Shown one piece after another: positions 9,716-19,701 of a stretch of 64,000 nt of DNA (within the stretch, counting starts at the first letter, position 1; each line of letters begins with the position of its first letter). The translations under genes were made by a program, and so were the position numbers. This stretch comes from a bacterium (GTDB lineage: Bacteria > SM23-31). Where the stretch lies: the NCBI GenBank assembly GCA_028278455.1, contig JANQEH010000194.1, positions 1,059-65,058 on the forward strand. Direction: 5' to 3'. Under the pieces are notes generated by a model. That model searched no databases. It saw only the letters and a program-made list of their open reading frames with translations, and was not told where the DNA came from.

Positions 9716-9823
9716 TATCTGTTTTATTACCTGTTTTTTAGGAACAATCCTGATTTTCCGACCGTATTATCTCACATAATAATATTCCTGGACCTTTTAA
9801 TTATCTGCTTAAGGGAAACATAA

Positions 9824-12208
9824 TTGAGAAAATTACTTTATATATTTTTTTTGATTACAGTTATGATTTCAAGACCTGAAAATTCGACCTCTCAATCAAG
9901 GTTGTATGGTGTGGGAGGAAATATCAGGGAAAGTGAAAAAAACACTCTCCTGCCCTATTCACATGTCAGGGTATTAGGAACTTCAAAAGGAACTGTTGCT
10001 AATGAGAAGGGCTACTATTTTATCGTTCTGGAACGGGGAATTCACAGGCTTCTCTTCAGCTATATCGGTTATAATTCAGATACACTTACAGTAGAGATCT
10101 CCGATATGAACCTTACTGAAGACATATTTCTTGAACCATCCGCCGCGATGCAGAGGGAGATAGTGGTCAGCGCCTTCAGACATAATCCTGCTGAACGGAT
10201 TATCTTGAGAGCTATAGAAAAAAAGCATGAGATACTGGAGAAACTCAATAATTATAATTTCGAGGCATATTCAAAATCAGTCTTCAATATAGATGTAACT
10301 AATAAAGGTAAAAGGGATACACTTATCGTGGGTATTCTTGAAACCCAGTCTTCCGGATTCTGGTCTCAGCCCGATAAATACAAGGAGATCGTTAATGCAA
10401 GAAAGCAGACTGATAATTTCAATCCCGCACAGAATGCCTTCAGCCCAGGTATTATTCCAAACCTGAATGATGATGTAATAACGTTTGACAGGAACCTTGT
10501 TATCGGCCCCATAAACCGCAAATCACTTGATTATTATTCATTCGAGATGATCGATACAACTGCGATCAACAATGTTAACATCTTCAGGATAAATATGGAA
10601 CCGCGTAAGGATAATATTCCGCTTTTTAAGGGTATTATTAGTATAGCGGATTCCACCTACTCTGTAATGGACATAGATGTTACTTTTAATGAAGCATTCC
10701 AGCTCCCACCACTTAAGAACTTCCGCATAAGGGAAAAATTCGCATTATATGAAGGCTACTTCTGGCTTCCGGTTCATATAACCTACGAATTCGACCTGAC
10801 ATTTATGAATTTTCTGCCAAAAATAAACAATATAATGTTCAAACAGACTTCTGTTATTCATGATTACTCGATAAACAATACCGATTTCGACACCGGGATA
10901 TTTGATGAAATGGTAGTCAGCATCTCTCCCGATGCTGATGATGCGGATTCGCTTACATGGGCATCAATGCAGGCAATTCCGCTGACAGAGAAAGAAAAGC
11001 ACGTATATAAAGAGATCGAAGAGGAAATGAATAGCCCCTTCGGGAGGACAGTTAAATTCATATTCCAGTCTCCCCTGAATTTTAGTGATCTGCCAATTAC
11101 CGAATTCTCGGATTTTTACAGGTTTAACAGGGTGGAAGGTCATTATCTGGGATTAGGACTCCATATTAACAATTTTTTTCCGGGAACAACCGTTACTGCC
11201 GCTGGTGGATATGGTTTCTCGGACAAGAATTTCAAATACAGGTTTGAAATCGAGCGAACAATTATATCTGAAAGTGATATTTCACTTGGTTATATGGCTT
11301 ATGAGCAGATAAATACTACATTTCCTGAATTCATCTTTGGGACAACTTCCAATACATTTCTTGCACTTTTTGAAAAAGTAGATTACTACGATTATTTTCT
11401 TACCGAGGGATGGAATATCTTCACCAGATGGCGTCCTCTGCCGCGAACACTGCTCGGGTTTTCTTATATAGAAGAGAAGCATATAAGCCAGAAAAAGAAC
11501 TCTGATTATTCTTTGTTTGGTTCTGGAAGCTATCGTTACAATCCTTCCATTCTCGACGGTGACTACAGGGGATTCGGATTAACTTTGAATTTTGATTCAC
11601 GCAAGTTCATGGATATCGGGATTACTGAAGTGCCTCTGAGTGGAAAGAACGGCTGGATAATAAACGCTGATCTGAAACATGCTCAACCTGATATCAGGAA
11701 CAGCGATCTCGATTTTACCAGACTGTTTTTTTCGATCCGCAGGGATCAGTTTACAAGAGGATTCGGATACTATGTCTTAAAACTTGTAGGAGGATTTTCT
11801 GGCGGGGATCTTCCACCGCAGTATTATTTTACACTTCCCGGTTCCATATCCGATTATTCCAGTTTCGGGGCTTTCAGAACTATTAACATCAATGAATTCT
11901 CCGGAGATATGATGACAGCCCTGCATTTTGAATATAATACAGGAAGCTACCTCTTCCGTACACTTAAAATCCCGTATTTCAAGAGCAGGCACTACGATCT
12001 TATATTCTTCACGGCTGCGGGTAGCACAGATATTTCCAAATCGAATATAACACACAGTTCATTTCCTGTACGGATTACAGAAGAGACATTCTGGGAGGCG
12101 GGAGTAGGACTCGGTGGGATCTTCGTATTCAGAATGGATTTCACATGGCGCCTGACTCATAAAGATGAAAATAAATTTGTAATTAGACTCGGTTCATCAT
12201 TATATTGA
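9824..12208 (+). CDS. outer-membrane-type protein with CarboxypepD_reg-like N-terminal domain (DUF5686-like)
   Basis: 794 aa with TTG start and a signal peptide. VRVLGTSKGTVANEKGYYFIVLERGIHRLLFSYIGYNSDTLTVEI is a CarboxypepD_reg-like fold. The remainder is long and beta-rich, ending ...FVIRLGSSLY. The DUF5686 assignment is from memory. Confidence 0.6.
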   Translation: MRKLLYIFFLITVMISRPENSTSQSRLYGVGGNIRESEKNTLLPYSHVRVLGTSKGTVANEKGYYFIVLERGIHRLLFSYIGYNSDTLTVEISDMNLTEDIFLEPSAAMQREIVVSAFRHNPAERIILRAIEKKHEILEKLNNYNFEAYSKSVFNIDVTNKGKRDTLIVGILETQSSGFWSQPDKYKEIVNARKQTDNFNPAQNAFSPGIIPNLNDDVITFDRNLVIGPINRKSLDYYSFEMIDTTAINNVNIFRINMEPRKDNIPLFKGIISIADSTYSVMDIDVTFNEAFQLPPLKNFRIREKFALYEGYFWLPVHITYEFDLTFMNFLPKINNIMFKQTSVIHDYSINNTDFDTGIFDEMVVSISPDADDADSLTWASMQAIPLTEKEKHVYKEIEEEMNSPFGRTVKFIFQSPLNFSDLPITEFSDFYRFNRVEGHYLGLGLHINNFFPGTTVTAAGGYGFSDKNFKYRFEIERTIISESDISLGYMAYEQINTTFPEFIFGTTSNTFLALFEKVDYYDYFLTEGWNIFTRWRPLPRTLLGFSYIEEKHISQKKNSDYSLFGSGSYRYNPSILDGDYRGFGLTLNFDSRKFMDIGITEVPLSGKNGWIINADLKHAQPDIRNSDLDFTRLFFSIRRDQFTRGFGYYVLKLVGGFSGGDLPPQYYFTLPGSISDYSSFGAFRTININEFSGDMMTALHFEYNTGSYLFRTLKIPYFKSRHYDLIFFTAAGSTDISKSNITHSSFPVRITEETFWEAGVGLGGIFVFRMDFTWRLTHKDENKFVIRLGSSLY

Positions 12209-12237
12209 TTGTGACAATAAAATAAAAGGACTAGTCA

Positions 12238-14046
12238 ATGGAATATCAACAGACTACTGCCCCTCCAAGGAGGCAGAAAAATATAATATTGAAATTCTTT
12301 ATCGGATTCTTCGCTGTACTGGGAATCGTGGCTTCGATTTTATTTGTATTACTACTGATGGTGGTCTTCACAGTAAGCTCCCCTGTTTCGATTCCCGGGA
12401 AAGTGATTCTTGAAGTCAACATGTCAAGCGGATTTCCGGAGTATGTATCGGAGGAACCGGTATCGAGAGCAGTATTCGGCCATCCTTTCACACTTCGTGA
12501 TCTCGTCGATGCTTTAGACAGAGCTTCATACGATTCACGCGTAACAGGACTTGTCGCAAAGGCTGGAGGACAGCTTGGTTTAGCACAGATCCAGGAGATA
12601 CGAAGCGCAGTTAAAAAATTCCGAAGATCTGGAAAACCTGCAGTCGTATATACTGAATCTTTCGGTGAGTTACAGTCCGGCAACGGATCTTATTATCTTG
12701 CGACAGCATTTGACGAAATCTATCTGCAGCCAACAGGAATGCTTGGGCTAATGGGGCTGTCAAGTGAAGCCATGTTCCTTAAAGGCGCTATGGATAAACT
12801 CGGTGTCGTCGCTAAAGGGGGGCAGCGTGAAGAATATAAGAATGCATACAATCAGTATACTCAAACGGAGTATACCAGACACCATCTCGAGGCTACAAGT
12901 TCGATACTGGATGCTCAATTCGGGCAGATACTTGACGGCATAGCTGAATCAAGAGGCTTACCCTTGAGTGATTTAAGACAATCAATCGATAACGGGCCGT
13001 TCTTCGCAGAAGAAGCGCTCGAAATGGATCTCGTTGACGGCCTTGGATACCGGGATGAAGCTGTAGAAAAAATACGGGAGATTACTGGCGGAAGGGCAAA
13101 GACATTCTCAATAAGAACATATCTTCAGGGTGCCGGCAGAAGGAACAATAAGGGAGAGGAGATCGCGTTGATCTATACCAACGGCACGATACTGAGCGGT
13201 GGTAGCGGATATGATCCCATTATCAGCGGTGAAATAGCCGGGGCAGCTACGGTAGCCCGTGCTTTTAGAGATGCAGTAGATAAAGACGTCAGCGCGATCA
13301 TTATGAGAATAAATAGTCCCGGAGGTTCTCACATTGCATCTGATGTAATAAGACGTGAAATTATAAGAGCAAGGGAAAAGGGTATCCCGGTCATTACCTC
13401 TATGGGTGATGTCGCCGCTTCCGGAGGTTACTACATCGCGGCTGAAACAGACAGGATACTTGCGCAGCCGGGTACACTGACCGGCTCAATAGGGGTTTAC
13501 GGATTTAAGCTGGTTACAAAGGAACTCTGGGAGAAATTCGGTATTTCATGGGACTCATACCAGACAAGCAAGAACGCAAATGCCTTTTCATTTATCGAAG
13601 ATTTTTCATCAGATCAACTGGAAATATTTCAGGCAGGATTGGACAGGATCTATGAAGATTTCACGGGTAAAGTCTCTCGCGGCAGGAATATTCCTTTAGA
13701 AAATGTGCTCGAAATAGCAAAAGGGAGAGTATATACCGGTGAAAGAGCTGTCGAAATAGGGCTTGTCGATGAAGTCGGAGGTTATCCCGAAGCGATCGCA
13801 GCCGCGAAGGAAGCGGCTATGATTCCGGAGGATTCACCTGTTAAGATCAGGATATTCCCAAGAGAGAGATCGACATTTGAACTCCTTTTTGAAAGCGGAT
13901 ACATCAAAACCGGCAAACAGGAGAAAACAACATTGAATAAACTTTTATCTGTGGTTAAACCCCTGACGTCTATACTTGGTGAACTGAGTCTTAATCCGTA
14001 CCAGAACGTTCTCCGTGCACCCGGACTGGAAAACATCAGGTACTAA
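12238..14046 (+). CDS. sppA: signal peptide peptidase SppA, 67K type
   Basis: N-terminal TM helix and two ClpP/crotonase-like halves. The second half has RINSPGGS and GDVAASGGYYIA motifs. Confidence 0.85.
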   Translation: MEYQQTTAPPRRQKNIILKFFIGFFAVLGIVASILFVLLLMVVFTVSSPVSIPGKVILEVNMSSGFPEYVSEEPVSRAVFGHPFTLRDLVDALDRASYDSRVTGLVAKAGGQLGLAQIQEIRSAVKKFRRSGKPAVVYTESFGELQSGNGSYYLATAFDEIYLQPTGMLGLMGLSSEAMFLKGAMDKLGVVAKGGQREEYKNAYNQYTQTEYTRHHLEATSSILDAQFGQILDGIAESRGLPLSDLRQSIDNGPFFAEEALEMDLVDGLGYRDEAVEKIREITGGRAKTFSIRTYLQGAGRRNNKGEEIALIYTNGTILSGGSGYDPIISGEIAGAATVARAFRDAVDKDVSAIIMRINSPGGSHIASDVIRREIIRAREKGIPVITSMGDVAASGGYYIAAETDRILAQPGTLTGSIGVYGFKLVTKELWEKFGISWDSYQTSKNANAFSFIEDFSSDQLEIFQAGLDRIYEDFTGKVSRGRNIPLENVLEIAKGRVYTGERAVEIGLVDEVGGYPEAIAAAKEAAMIPEDSPVKIRIFPRERSTFELLFESGYIKTGKQEKTTLNKLLSVVKPLTSILGELSLNPYQNVLRAPGLENIRY

Positions 14047-14138
14047 ATTTTATAGATCATTAAGAATTAGTAAGGGTAGGTAATTCAGCTAAATTCAAAA
14101 TATTCGGCAAAAAATTGATCATGATGAACAGTAGGAAT

Positions 14139-14183
14139 TTGATTTATCAGATACTTTATCCTGATTTAACCCTGATAAATCAA
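14139..14183. terminator. possible bidirectional hairpin between convergent sppA and SDR genes
   Basis: TTGATTTATCAG / CTGATAAATCAA forms a 12-bp perfect stem around a 21-nt loop. There is no clean U-tract, so it is weak as an intrinsic terminator. Confidence 0.3.
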
Positions 14184-14257
14184 GTTTCTACATTAAAAAT
14201 GGTGATCAACCGCTAATAAAATAAAGACCGCAAGCGAATTGTTATTGAATCAATTTC

Positions 14258-15019
14258 CTATTCATACTTACTGGCAAGCCCACCGGCTATCTCGCCGCCG
14301 TCTATTACAAAAGCCTGTCCTGTGATATAAGCTCCGTTTTCCGATGCCAGAAATGCGAACAATGCAGCAACTTCTTTTGGTTTTCCGAGCCTTTCCAGGG
14401 GGATTTTACTCGCGCATTCCTTGAGCATTTCCGGTGTATATTCTGCTTCCTGCATCGGTGTTAAAATGTATCCCGGGCAGACCGCATTGTCGCGTATCTT
14501 CGGAGCGAGTTCCAACGCCATCGACCGGGAAAGCTCGATCACACCTGCCTTGGAACAGTTATAGTCAATATATAGCGGATAACCCATTATACCGTTGGTA
14601 GAACCCATATTCAGAATAACTCCGCCATTCTCGTTTTTCAGCATATACCTGGCTGCTTCCTGGGCGACATAAAACACTCCATCGAGATTCACACTCATGA
14701 CCTTACGCCATTCATCCGGTGTTATATCGAGAAACATATGACGAATACTTATACCGGCATTATTGATCAGGATATCGATACCGCCGCAAATCTTTTTAAG
14801 TTCTATAAATGCTGTCTTTACATGATCAGCATCAGACACATCCGCATGGATTGTACCTGCTAGATCGGGAAGTTCTTTGATTATCTCTTCGATCGCATTA
14901 TCGTCTATATCGACAACAACCACTTTCGAGCCGTCCGCGAGAAACCGTTTTGCAACAGCGGCTCCTATTCCGCTTGCACCTCCGGTGATCAATACTCTTT
15001 TATCCTTTAAACCACGCAT
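14258..15019 (-). CDS. SDR-family oxidoreductase (3-oxoacyl-ACP reductase-like)
   Basis: TGGASGIGAA cofactor motif, NNAGI, and catalytic S...YNCSKAG (YxxxK). Confidence 0.85.
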   Translation of the reverse strand: MRGLKDKRVLITGGASGIGAAVAKRFLADGSKVVVVDIDDNAIEEIIKELPDLAGTIHADVSDADHVKTAFIELKKICGGIDILINNAGISIRHMFLDITPDEWRKVMSVNLDGVFYVAQEAARYMLKNENGGVILNMGSTNGIMGYPLYIDYNCSKAGVIELSRSMALELAPKIRDNAVCPGYILTPMQEAEYTPEMLKECASKIPLERLGKPKEVAALFAFLASENGAYITGQAFVIDGGEIAGGLASKYE

Positions 15020-15171
15020 GTCCTTCTCCGGGAAAGTATTAAGTGTATTTTATTAGATATAACAATATTATAAAAATAATACATATTTATCAAACAGAAA
15101 AATACCGATTTCGTAATATGAGAATGATTCAAATATTGATTCTATTCAGAAAAATGGGTAAATTATAATAC

Positions 15172-15224
15172 TATTGGGGATGGAGTCTCCCATTGACCGC
15201 CCATAACGGCTGATGACTCCTGCG
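15172..15224 (+). promoter_or_regulatory. fluoride riboswitch (crcB RNA motif)
   Basis: GGGGAUGGAGUCUCCCAUUGACCGCCCAUAACGGCUGAUGACUCC fits the crcB motif. P1 is GGGG/UCCC. The conserved GAUGG, ACCGCC and GGCUGAUGA blocks are present. The pseudoknot pairs GGAGUC with GACUCC. It lies about 85 nt upstream of crcB. A TATAAT hexamer sits at 15164-15169. Confidence 0.85.
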
Positions 15225-15307
15225 GTTCGGGAACCCGCTGACGAGAATGCGCTCTGATGTAAATAATGCGATTCCAGCAATTCTCTATTGATTTGATCCT
15301 GTGAAAT

Positions 15308-15712
15308 TTGAACCTTATGAAGAAGGACTCCATAATGATCAAGAAACTCATGTGGCTGGCTCTTGCCGGTGCCCTGGGTACTGTTACGAGATACGCGGTC
15401 GTAGGCGTTATCCGCAAATTCTCCACCCTTACCCCGCTATGGGGAACCTTGATAGTCAATGTATCCGGATGTTTTATGGCAGGTCTGCTCTGGGCCCTTT
15501 TCGAAAACCGTTACCCTGTTTCAGGAGAAACGAGAGTTATAATACTGATTGGATTTCTCGGCGCCTTTACCACCTTTTCTGCATTGATCCTCGAAAGCAG
15601 CGAGCTGATCCGGTCCGCAAAATGGTTCATGGCAATGATAAACATCGTCTCGCATAACACTCTCGGATTTGCCGCAATGTTCGCCGGTATCATCCTGGGG
15701 AAGTCCCTGTAA
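15308..15712 (+). CDS. crcB: fluoride ion channel CrcB/FluC
   Basis: LALAGALGTVTRY, GTLIVNVSGCF and GFLGAFTTFSA are CrcB motifs. There are four hydrophobic helices. The true start may be the ATG at 15317 or 15335 (MIKKLMWLALAG...). Confidence 0.85.
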   Translation: MNLMKKDSIMIKKLMWLALAGALGTVTRYAVVGVIRKFSTLTPLWGTLIVNVSGCFMAGLLWALFENRYPVSGETRVIILIGFLGAFTTFSALILESSELIRSAKWFMAMINIVSHNTLGFAAMFAGIILGKSL

Positions 15713-15739
15713 AGACTTCCCCGTGAGAACTTCAGAAAA

Positions 15740-16105
15740 TTAAATTTCCTTTTCTGTGGTACTACTGTCATATTCCTTCTTTGCTATTTTGTAATAGATA
15801 AAGATTGCGGCTGCTGGAAATACAATCAACAAAACAACCAGGAATTCCGGGCTTATAATACTCGAAAAACCCAGTCTCAGTCCGATTGGAATGAAGAAAG
15901 CCATTATAAAAATCAGCCATTTGAGATAGACCATCGGATGCTCGCGGGGTCTTTTCCAGAACAGCTGGTTGTCCTTCTCATCAACCATTCCCTGATCAAT
16001 GAGTTTCTGCTTTATCCGTGCATCAGTAAATATCTTAGAGATTATTATAGCTGTTACAGCGATAATAACTGCAACAAACAGTATAATGTTAGGATATAAG
16101 TCCAT
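15740..16105 (-). CDS. hypothetical small membrane protein
   Basis: 121 aa with three hydrophobic helices. No family recognised. Confidence 0.45.
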   Translation of the reverse strand: MDLYPNIILFVAVIIAVTAIIISKIFTDARIKQKLIDQGMVDEKDNQLFWKRPREHPMVYLKWLIFIMAFFIPIGLRLGFSSIISPEFLVVLLIVFPAAAIFIYYKIAKKEYDSSTTEKEI

Positions 16106-16286
16106 TTTTTCTCCTGTCTCATTTTTTCTAACCTGTTCTTTTCATTGCTTTATCCGGATAATTTGGTACCTTACATAAAGCTTTATTGTTCTTAATCCGA
16201 TTAGACTCATGACCAGAAAGAAAGTTGCGTTTAATCTTTATTAATGATCTGCGCAACTAATAATCATTATAAAGGTCTGATATCTT

Positions 16287-16901
16287 ATGTATGCTGTTGA
16301 AGATGAAAACAGATTAGTTCACGAGATAATCGAAGGTGATAAAGAGAAGTACCGAATCCTGATCAGGCGTTACCGCAGGCTAGTTTCAACTGTTGTATCC
16401 GGAATGATCAGCAACAGGGATGACCGTCAGGAGCTTGGACAGGAAATCTTTGTCAAGATCTATAAAAACCTGTCCACTTTCAAGTTCAGGTCAAAATTGT
16501 CAACATGGATAGCTCGAATCGCCTACAATACATGCATCAAATATCTTAGAAAAAAACGTATACCTCTCTTGGAAGATACCTCAGAAGAAAAGTTAAAGAA
16601 TCCTGATAATCTTGAGTCGCGAATAGATACTTTTGTTTCTGATGGTCTTTCACCGGACCGTATTCTCGAGGAGAAACAGATCATAGAAATGCTGAGCAGG
16701 GAGATTGAAAATCTGCCGGTCAAGTATAGAGTTGTTATTTCATTTTATCATGTTGAAAATATGTCTATGGGTGAAATCAGCAGCATTACCGGATTGCCTG
16801 AAGGTACGGTAAAAAGCCAGTTGTTCAGGGCCCGGAAGATATTAAAAGAAAGGATATTAATGTTATACCGAAATGAGGAAATATGTCAAAAGAACATTTA
16901 A
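16287..16901 (+). CDS. ECF-type RNA polymerase sigma factor
   Basis: Region 2: QEIFVKIYKNLSTFKFRSKLSTWIARIAYNTCIKYLRKK. Region 4: MSMGEISSITGLPEGTVKSQLFRARKILKE. Confidence 0.85.
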   Translation: MYAVEDENRLVHEIIEGDKEKYRILIRRYRRLVSTVVSGMISNRDDRQELGQEIFVKIYKNLSTFKFRSKLSTWIARIAYNTCIKYLRKKRIPLLEDTSEEKLKNPDNLESRIDTFVSDGLSPDRILEEKQIIEMLSREIENLPVKYRVVISFYHVENMSMGEISSITGLPEGTVKSQLFRARKILKERILMLYRNEEICQKNI

Positions 16902-17392
16902 CAGATGATGATCTTCAGGCATATATAACTGGAGAATCTGAAATCCGAAACAGATTTGAAGATCACCTGAATAATTGCAGATCCTGCCGTATCCAATTGA
17001 TATTGTATAAACAGGTTGTCGACACTTTAGACCGGGAAACCGGGGATATTTTCTCAAATGGCCTGGAAGATTCAATACTTAATACGATAAAAAATATTGA
17101 TCCGAAGAATAATACGATCAAGGATATTTTGTTTTACCTTGTTCCGGCGGCTGCAGGTTTTTTAGCAGCATCAATACTTTTCATGAAGAATGATGCTGTT
17201 TCTATCTGGAGTGAAATATTACCCGGCCTGATCAGGGATATTTCTTCTTCATTATATCTTAACTCAGGAGTTAACAATACGGATTTATTTCAGGCAGGAA
17301 TCTTAGTCATATTCCTGATATTTCTTCTAATATACAGCAAAATAGACAGGATTTTTTTTAATGACAAACTGAATAATAGCGATGATGTTTAG
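16883..17392 (+). CDS. putative anti-sigma factor (zf-HC2-like, membrane-anchored)
   Basis: Overlaps the sigma gene by 19 nt. It has an HLNNCRSCRIQL H-x3-C-x2-C motif followed by two TM helices. Confidence 0.6.
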   Translation: MSKEHLTDDDLQAYITGESEIRNRFEDHLNNCRSCRIQLILYKQVVDTLDRETGDIFSNGLEDSILNTIKNIDPKNNTIKDILFYLVPAAAGFLAASILFMKNDAVSIWSEILPGLIRDISSSLYLNSGVNNTDLFQAGILVIFLIFLLIYSKIDRIFFNDKLNNSDDV

Positions 17393-17431
17393 CCTGATAA
17401 TAACTCTAGTAAGGTATCTAATGCAGTTAAT

Positions 17432-17470
17432 GAAAACAAAAAGGGATGTGCTGGCACAAACACATCCCTT
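17432..17470 (-). terminator. rho-independent terminator (usable on both strands)
   Basis: AAGGGATGTG / CACATCCCTT forms a 10-bp stem. On the minus strand it is followed by TTTTGTTTTC, downstream of the porin gene. It also lies 49 nt after the plus-strand anti-sigma gene. Confidence 0.6.
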
Positions 17471-17494
17471 AATGATTTATATGCGATGAAACGA

Positions 17495-18769
17495 TTAGTT
17501 CTGTTTGAAATTATATGCCACCATTAAATAAGTCCACCAACCCGGTTCATCGTTCTTATCGATCCTCTTGGGTACATCACCCGGCAGAAAAAATGATCCG
17601 CCAAGCTGAACATCCACTGTTTCACGAAAATTATACATATAAGTAAGATCAAACTCGTTTCCAAGATACTGATTATCATAAAAATCTTTTTCCGCATGAT
17701 TGAAATAATGCCAGTCTGCCCTCAATGAAGCATTCTCGCTGAATGTCAATCCGCCGGTTACAAAGAAATCGCTCAGTCCGAATCCGAATACGGAATTAGG
17801 GAAACTTGTGAAATAATCCATGTAACCATAAAACTTATGGTTAGTAGCGTACAGGGTGTTGAAAGATTTCATCTTATCATCGATTGGATCATCGTCACCG
17901 GAAAGATAATCGAAACCTAAACCGATAAACGGTTTCTTCTCATGATCAAACTTATAATGTCCTCTTGCGCCGAACATAAATGCACTGACATCGAGTCTTC
18001 TGTCAAGCGCTACCTCATACTCTTTACCAAGCTGAAAAGCAGCTTCGACCTCATAATCAAACATGTCGCGATTTGCAGTATAATCGAATCCTGTTGTAAA
18101 CCTGATTAACTGTCTGTCGTCTTCGTTCACTCCGCTCGGAACCCTGTTATTATTAAAATTCAGGAAACCGAAAAGGTTAATCTTCCTGATCTCGCTCTGC
18201 TTTAATGAATAGAAAAGACCTGAGAAATATTCATCAGGATCGTAGTCGGTATTGGGAGTATTCTCGTTAACCTTGGTATGAAAGAATTTCATGTTATAAG
18301 TCTCGCCATGGTAGCAGAGCATTGCACCGTCAAACGAACGGCCTGTATTACTCCACCCGACTGCTCCTACAAGACGCTGGTTACCAAGTATTATTTCCAT
18401 GCGGCCGAGTTTCAGATTAAACTCTTTGTCGAACAGGTTCTTGATATGGATATATCCCTGATGCAGGTCGAATCTGTCTGCTACAGCTTCCATTGTGCTG
18501 TATTCCTCTCCGAATTTTCGCGCATCCTGTAGCTGTATATATCCGGTAATATCATTACCGCTGTCAAGCATAACACCAAATCTTGTTCTAAGAAGCTCGA
18601 AATTGTTACCTGCTACAGCATTCTGAAAATTAGCTGTACTGAAACTTCCCCCATTTTTATCATATTCAGCTCTGTATCTTACCTGAGCATTGAATTTGAT
18701 CTCCTGAGCGAACAATGAACTACAAAAAACCAATAGAATAAAAAAAGCCAATATACTTTTTCTCATCAA
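17495..18769 (-). CDS. alginate-export-family outer-membrane beta-barrel porin
   Basis: Signal peptide ending FAQE. LKLGRMEIILGNQRLVGAVGWSNTGRSFDG matches the alginate_exp family core motif. Ends in an aromatic-rich beta strand. AGGAG SD. Confidence 0.65.
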   Translation of the reverse strand: MMRKSILAFFILLVFCSSLFAQEIKFNAQVRYRAEYDKNGGSFSTANFQNAVAGNNFELLRTRFGVMLDSGNDITGYIQLQDARKFGEEYSTMEAVADRFDLHQGYIHIKNLFDKEFNLKLGRMEIILGNQRLVGAVGWSNTGRSFDGAMLCYHGETYNMKFFHTKVNENTPNTDYDPDEYFSGLFYSLKQSEIRKINLFGFLNFNNNRVPSGVNEDDRQLIRFTTGFDYTANRDMFDYEVEAAFQLGKEYEVALDRRLDVSAFMFGARGHYKFDHEKKPFIGLGFDYLSGDDDPIDDKMKSFNTLYATNHKFYGYMDYFTSFPNSVFGFGLSDFFVTGGLTFSENASLRADWHYFNHAEKDFYDNQYLGNEFDLTYMYNFRETVDVQLGGSFFLPGDVPKRIDKNDEPGWWTYLMVAYNFKQN

Positions 18770-19030
18770 TTACTCCTGTTAGTTATTCAACGTTTAAAAA
18801 ATTGCGTTCCCGGTTTATAATATACCTTTAGGGAGAATGGCTGTATTTTATCAAATCTCAGTCATTAGAATCCTATATACGCCTGCACTTGAATTATGTT
18901 CCTTAAACTCAAGAATGATACAAAATAGTTGATGTTTTATTCCAACATAATTCCTGCATGAATAATTCCCGGTATTATCGGCGGCAGTGCTCTACACGAT
19001 TCGGATGGATATCAGGCATGAATATAAATA

Positions 19031-19696
19031 TCAGAAATTGATCTCTGCTTTGAAGAATCTCCTCTGGTCTAATGGATTAAATCCCATATTGAAACCGATT
19101 TTTCCCGGTTCATCCCTTTTTACTCTACTGTTGTGCCTTTTCGCCTTTATTGCTGCATGAATACTACTGACTACATGATTTAAAAATACACCCGAATAGA
19201 AATACGTAGTCCTGTTCTGAACGTTATCCGCATCTACTCTGAGATCATAGAATTTTGTCCTGTTCTCTACAGTATCCCATATCCAGATGTTTTCAGGTGT
19301 TTCGTTCAGTACTTTATTGAAATACCTGTCCTGCCTCATGAATTCGTTATAAATGTATATCGAGTTATAGCGCGAAATTGTAACGAAATAATCCTTGCTC
19401 TTGCCTGAAATATCCACACCGGCATGGTTTGCTGCGAAAGCTCTGTAATCCTCTTCAAGCCAGTCTGAATAAAGCTCATTCCCAAGGGCAAAACCGATCA
19501 TTATTGCCTCTGTAACGATAAAATATTTTGCGAATCCGAGTTCACCGTCAACGTATTTCTGTCCCAGGCCCGGAAGCAGAAGCGAATAGAAGAATGCTTT
19601 TGCCGGGGATCTGTGATCGTCTTGTGAATGCGCTGGTACGCTCAACAGCGCTATAGATGCAATTAAAATTACCAGTGTTATTATCCTGTAATTCAT
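19031..19696 (-). CDS. DUF5683-like secreted/membrane protein (paralog 1)
   Basis: Signal peptide, SLLLPGLGQKYVDG motif and C-terminal NHVVSSIHAAIKAK. Shares these blocks with the adjacent gene. Confidence 0.5.
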   Translation of the reverse strand: MNYRIITLVILIASIALLSVPAHSQDDHRSPAKAFFYSLLLPGLGQKYVDGELGFAKYFIVTEAIMIGFALGNELYSDWLEEDYRAFAANHAGVDISGKSKDYFVTISRYNSIYIYNEFMRQDRYFNKVLNETPENIWIWDTVENRTKFYDLRVDADNVQNRTTYFYSGVFLNHVVSSIHAAIKAKRHNSRVKRDEPGKIGFNMGFNPLDQRRFFKAEINF

Positions 19697-19701
19697 GAAT
19701 T

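Noticed and set aside
15163-15657. Track ORFs 15163..15459 (minus strand, 98 aa) and 15301..15657 (plus strand, 118 aa)
   Set aside because: They overlap the fluoride riboswitch and the crcB frame. Their translations are low-complexity and Arg/Pro-rich with no motifs, whereas the crcB frame carries family motifs.
15697-15722. GGGGAAGTC/GACTTCCCC hairpin overlapping the crcB stop codon, as a terminator
   Set aside because: The 9-bp stem is real but has no U-tract on either strand, so I did not call it a terminator.
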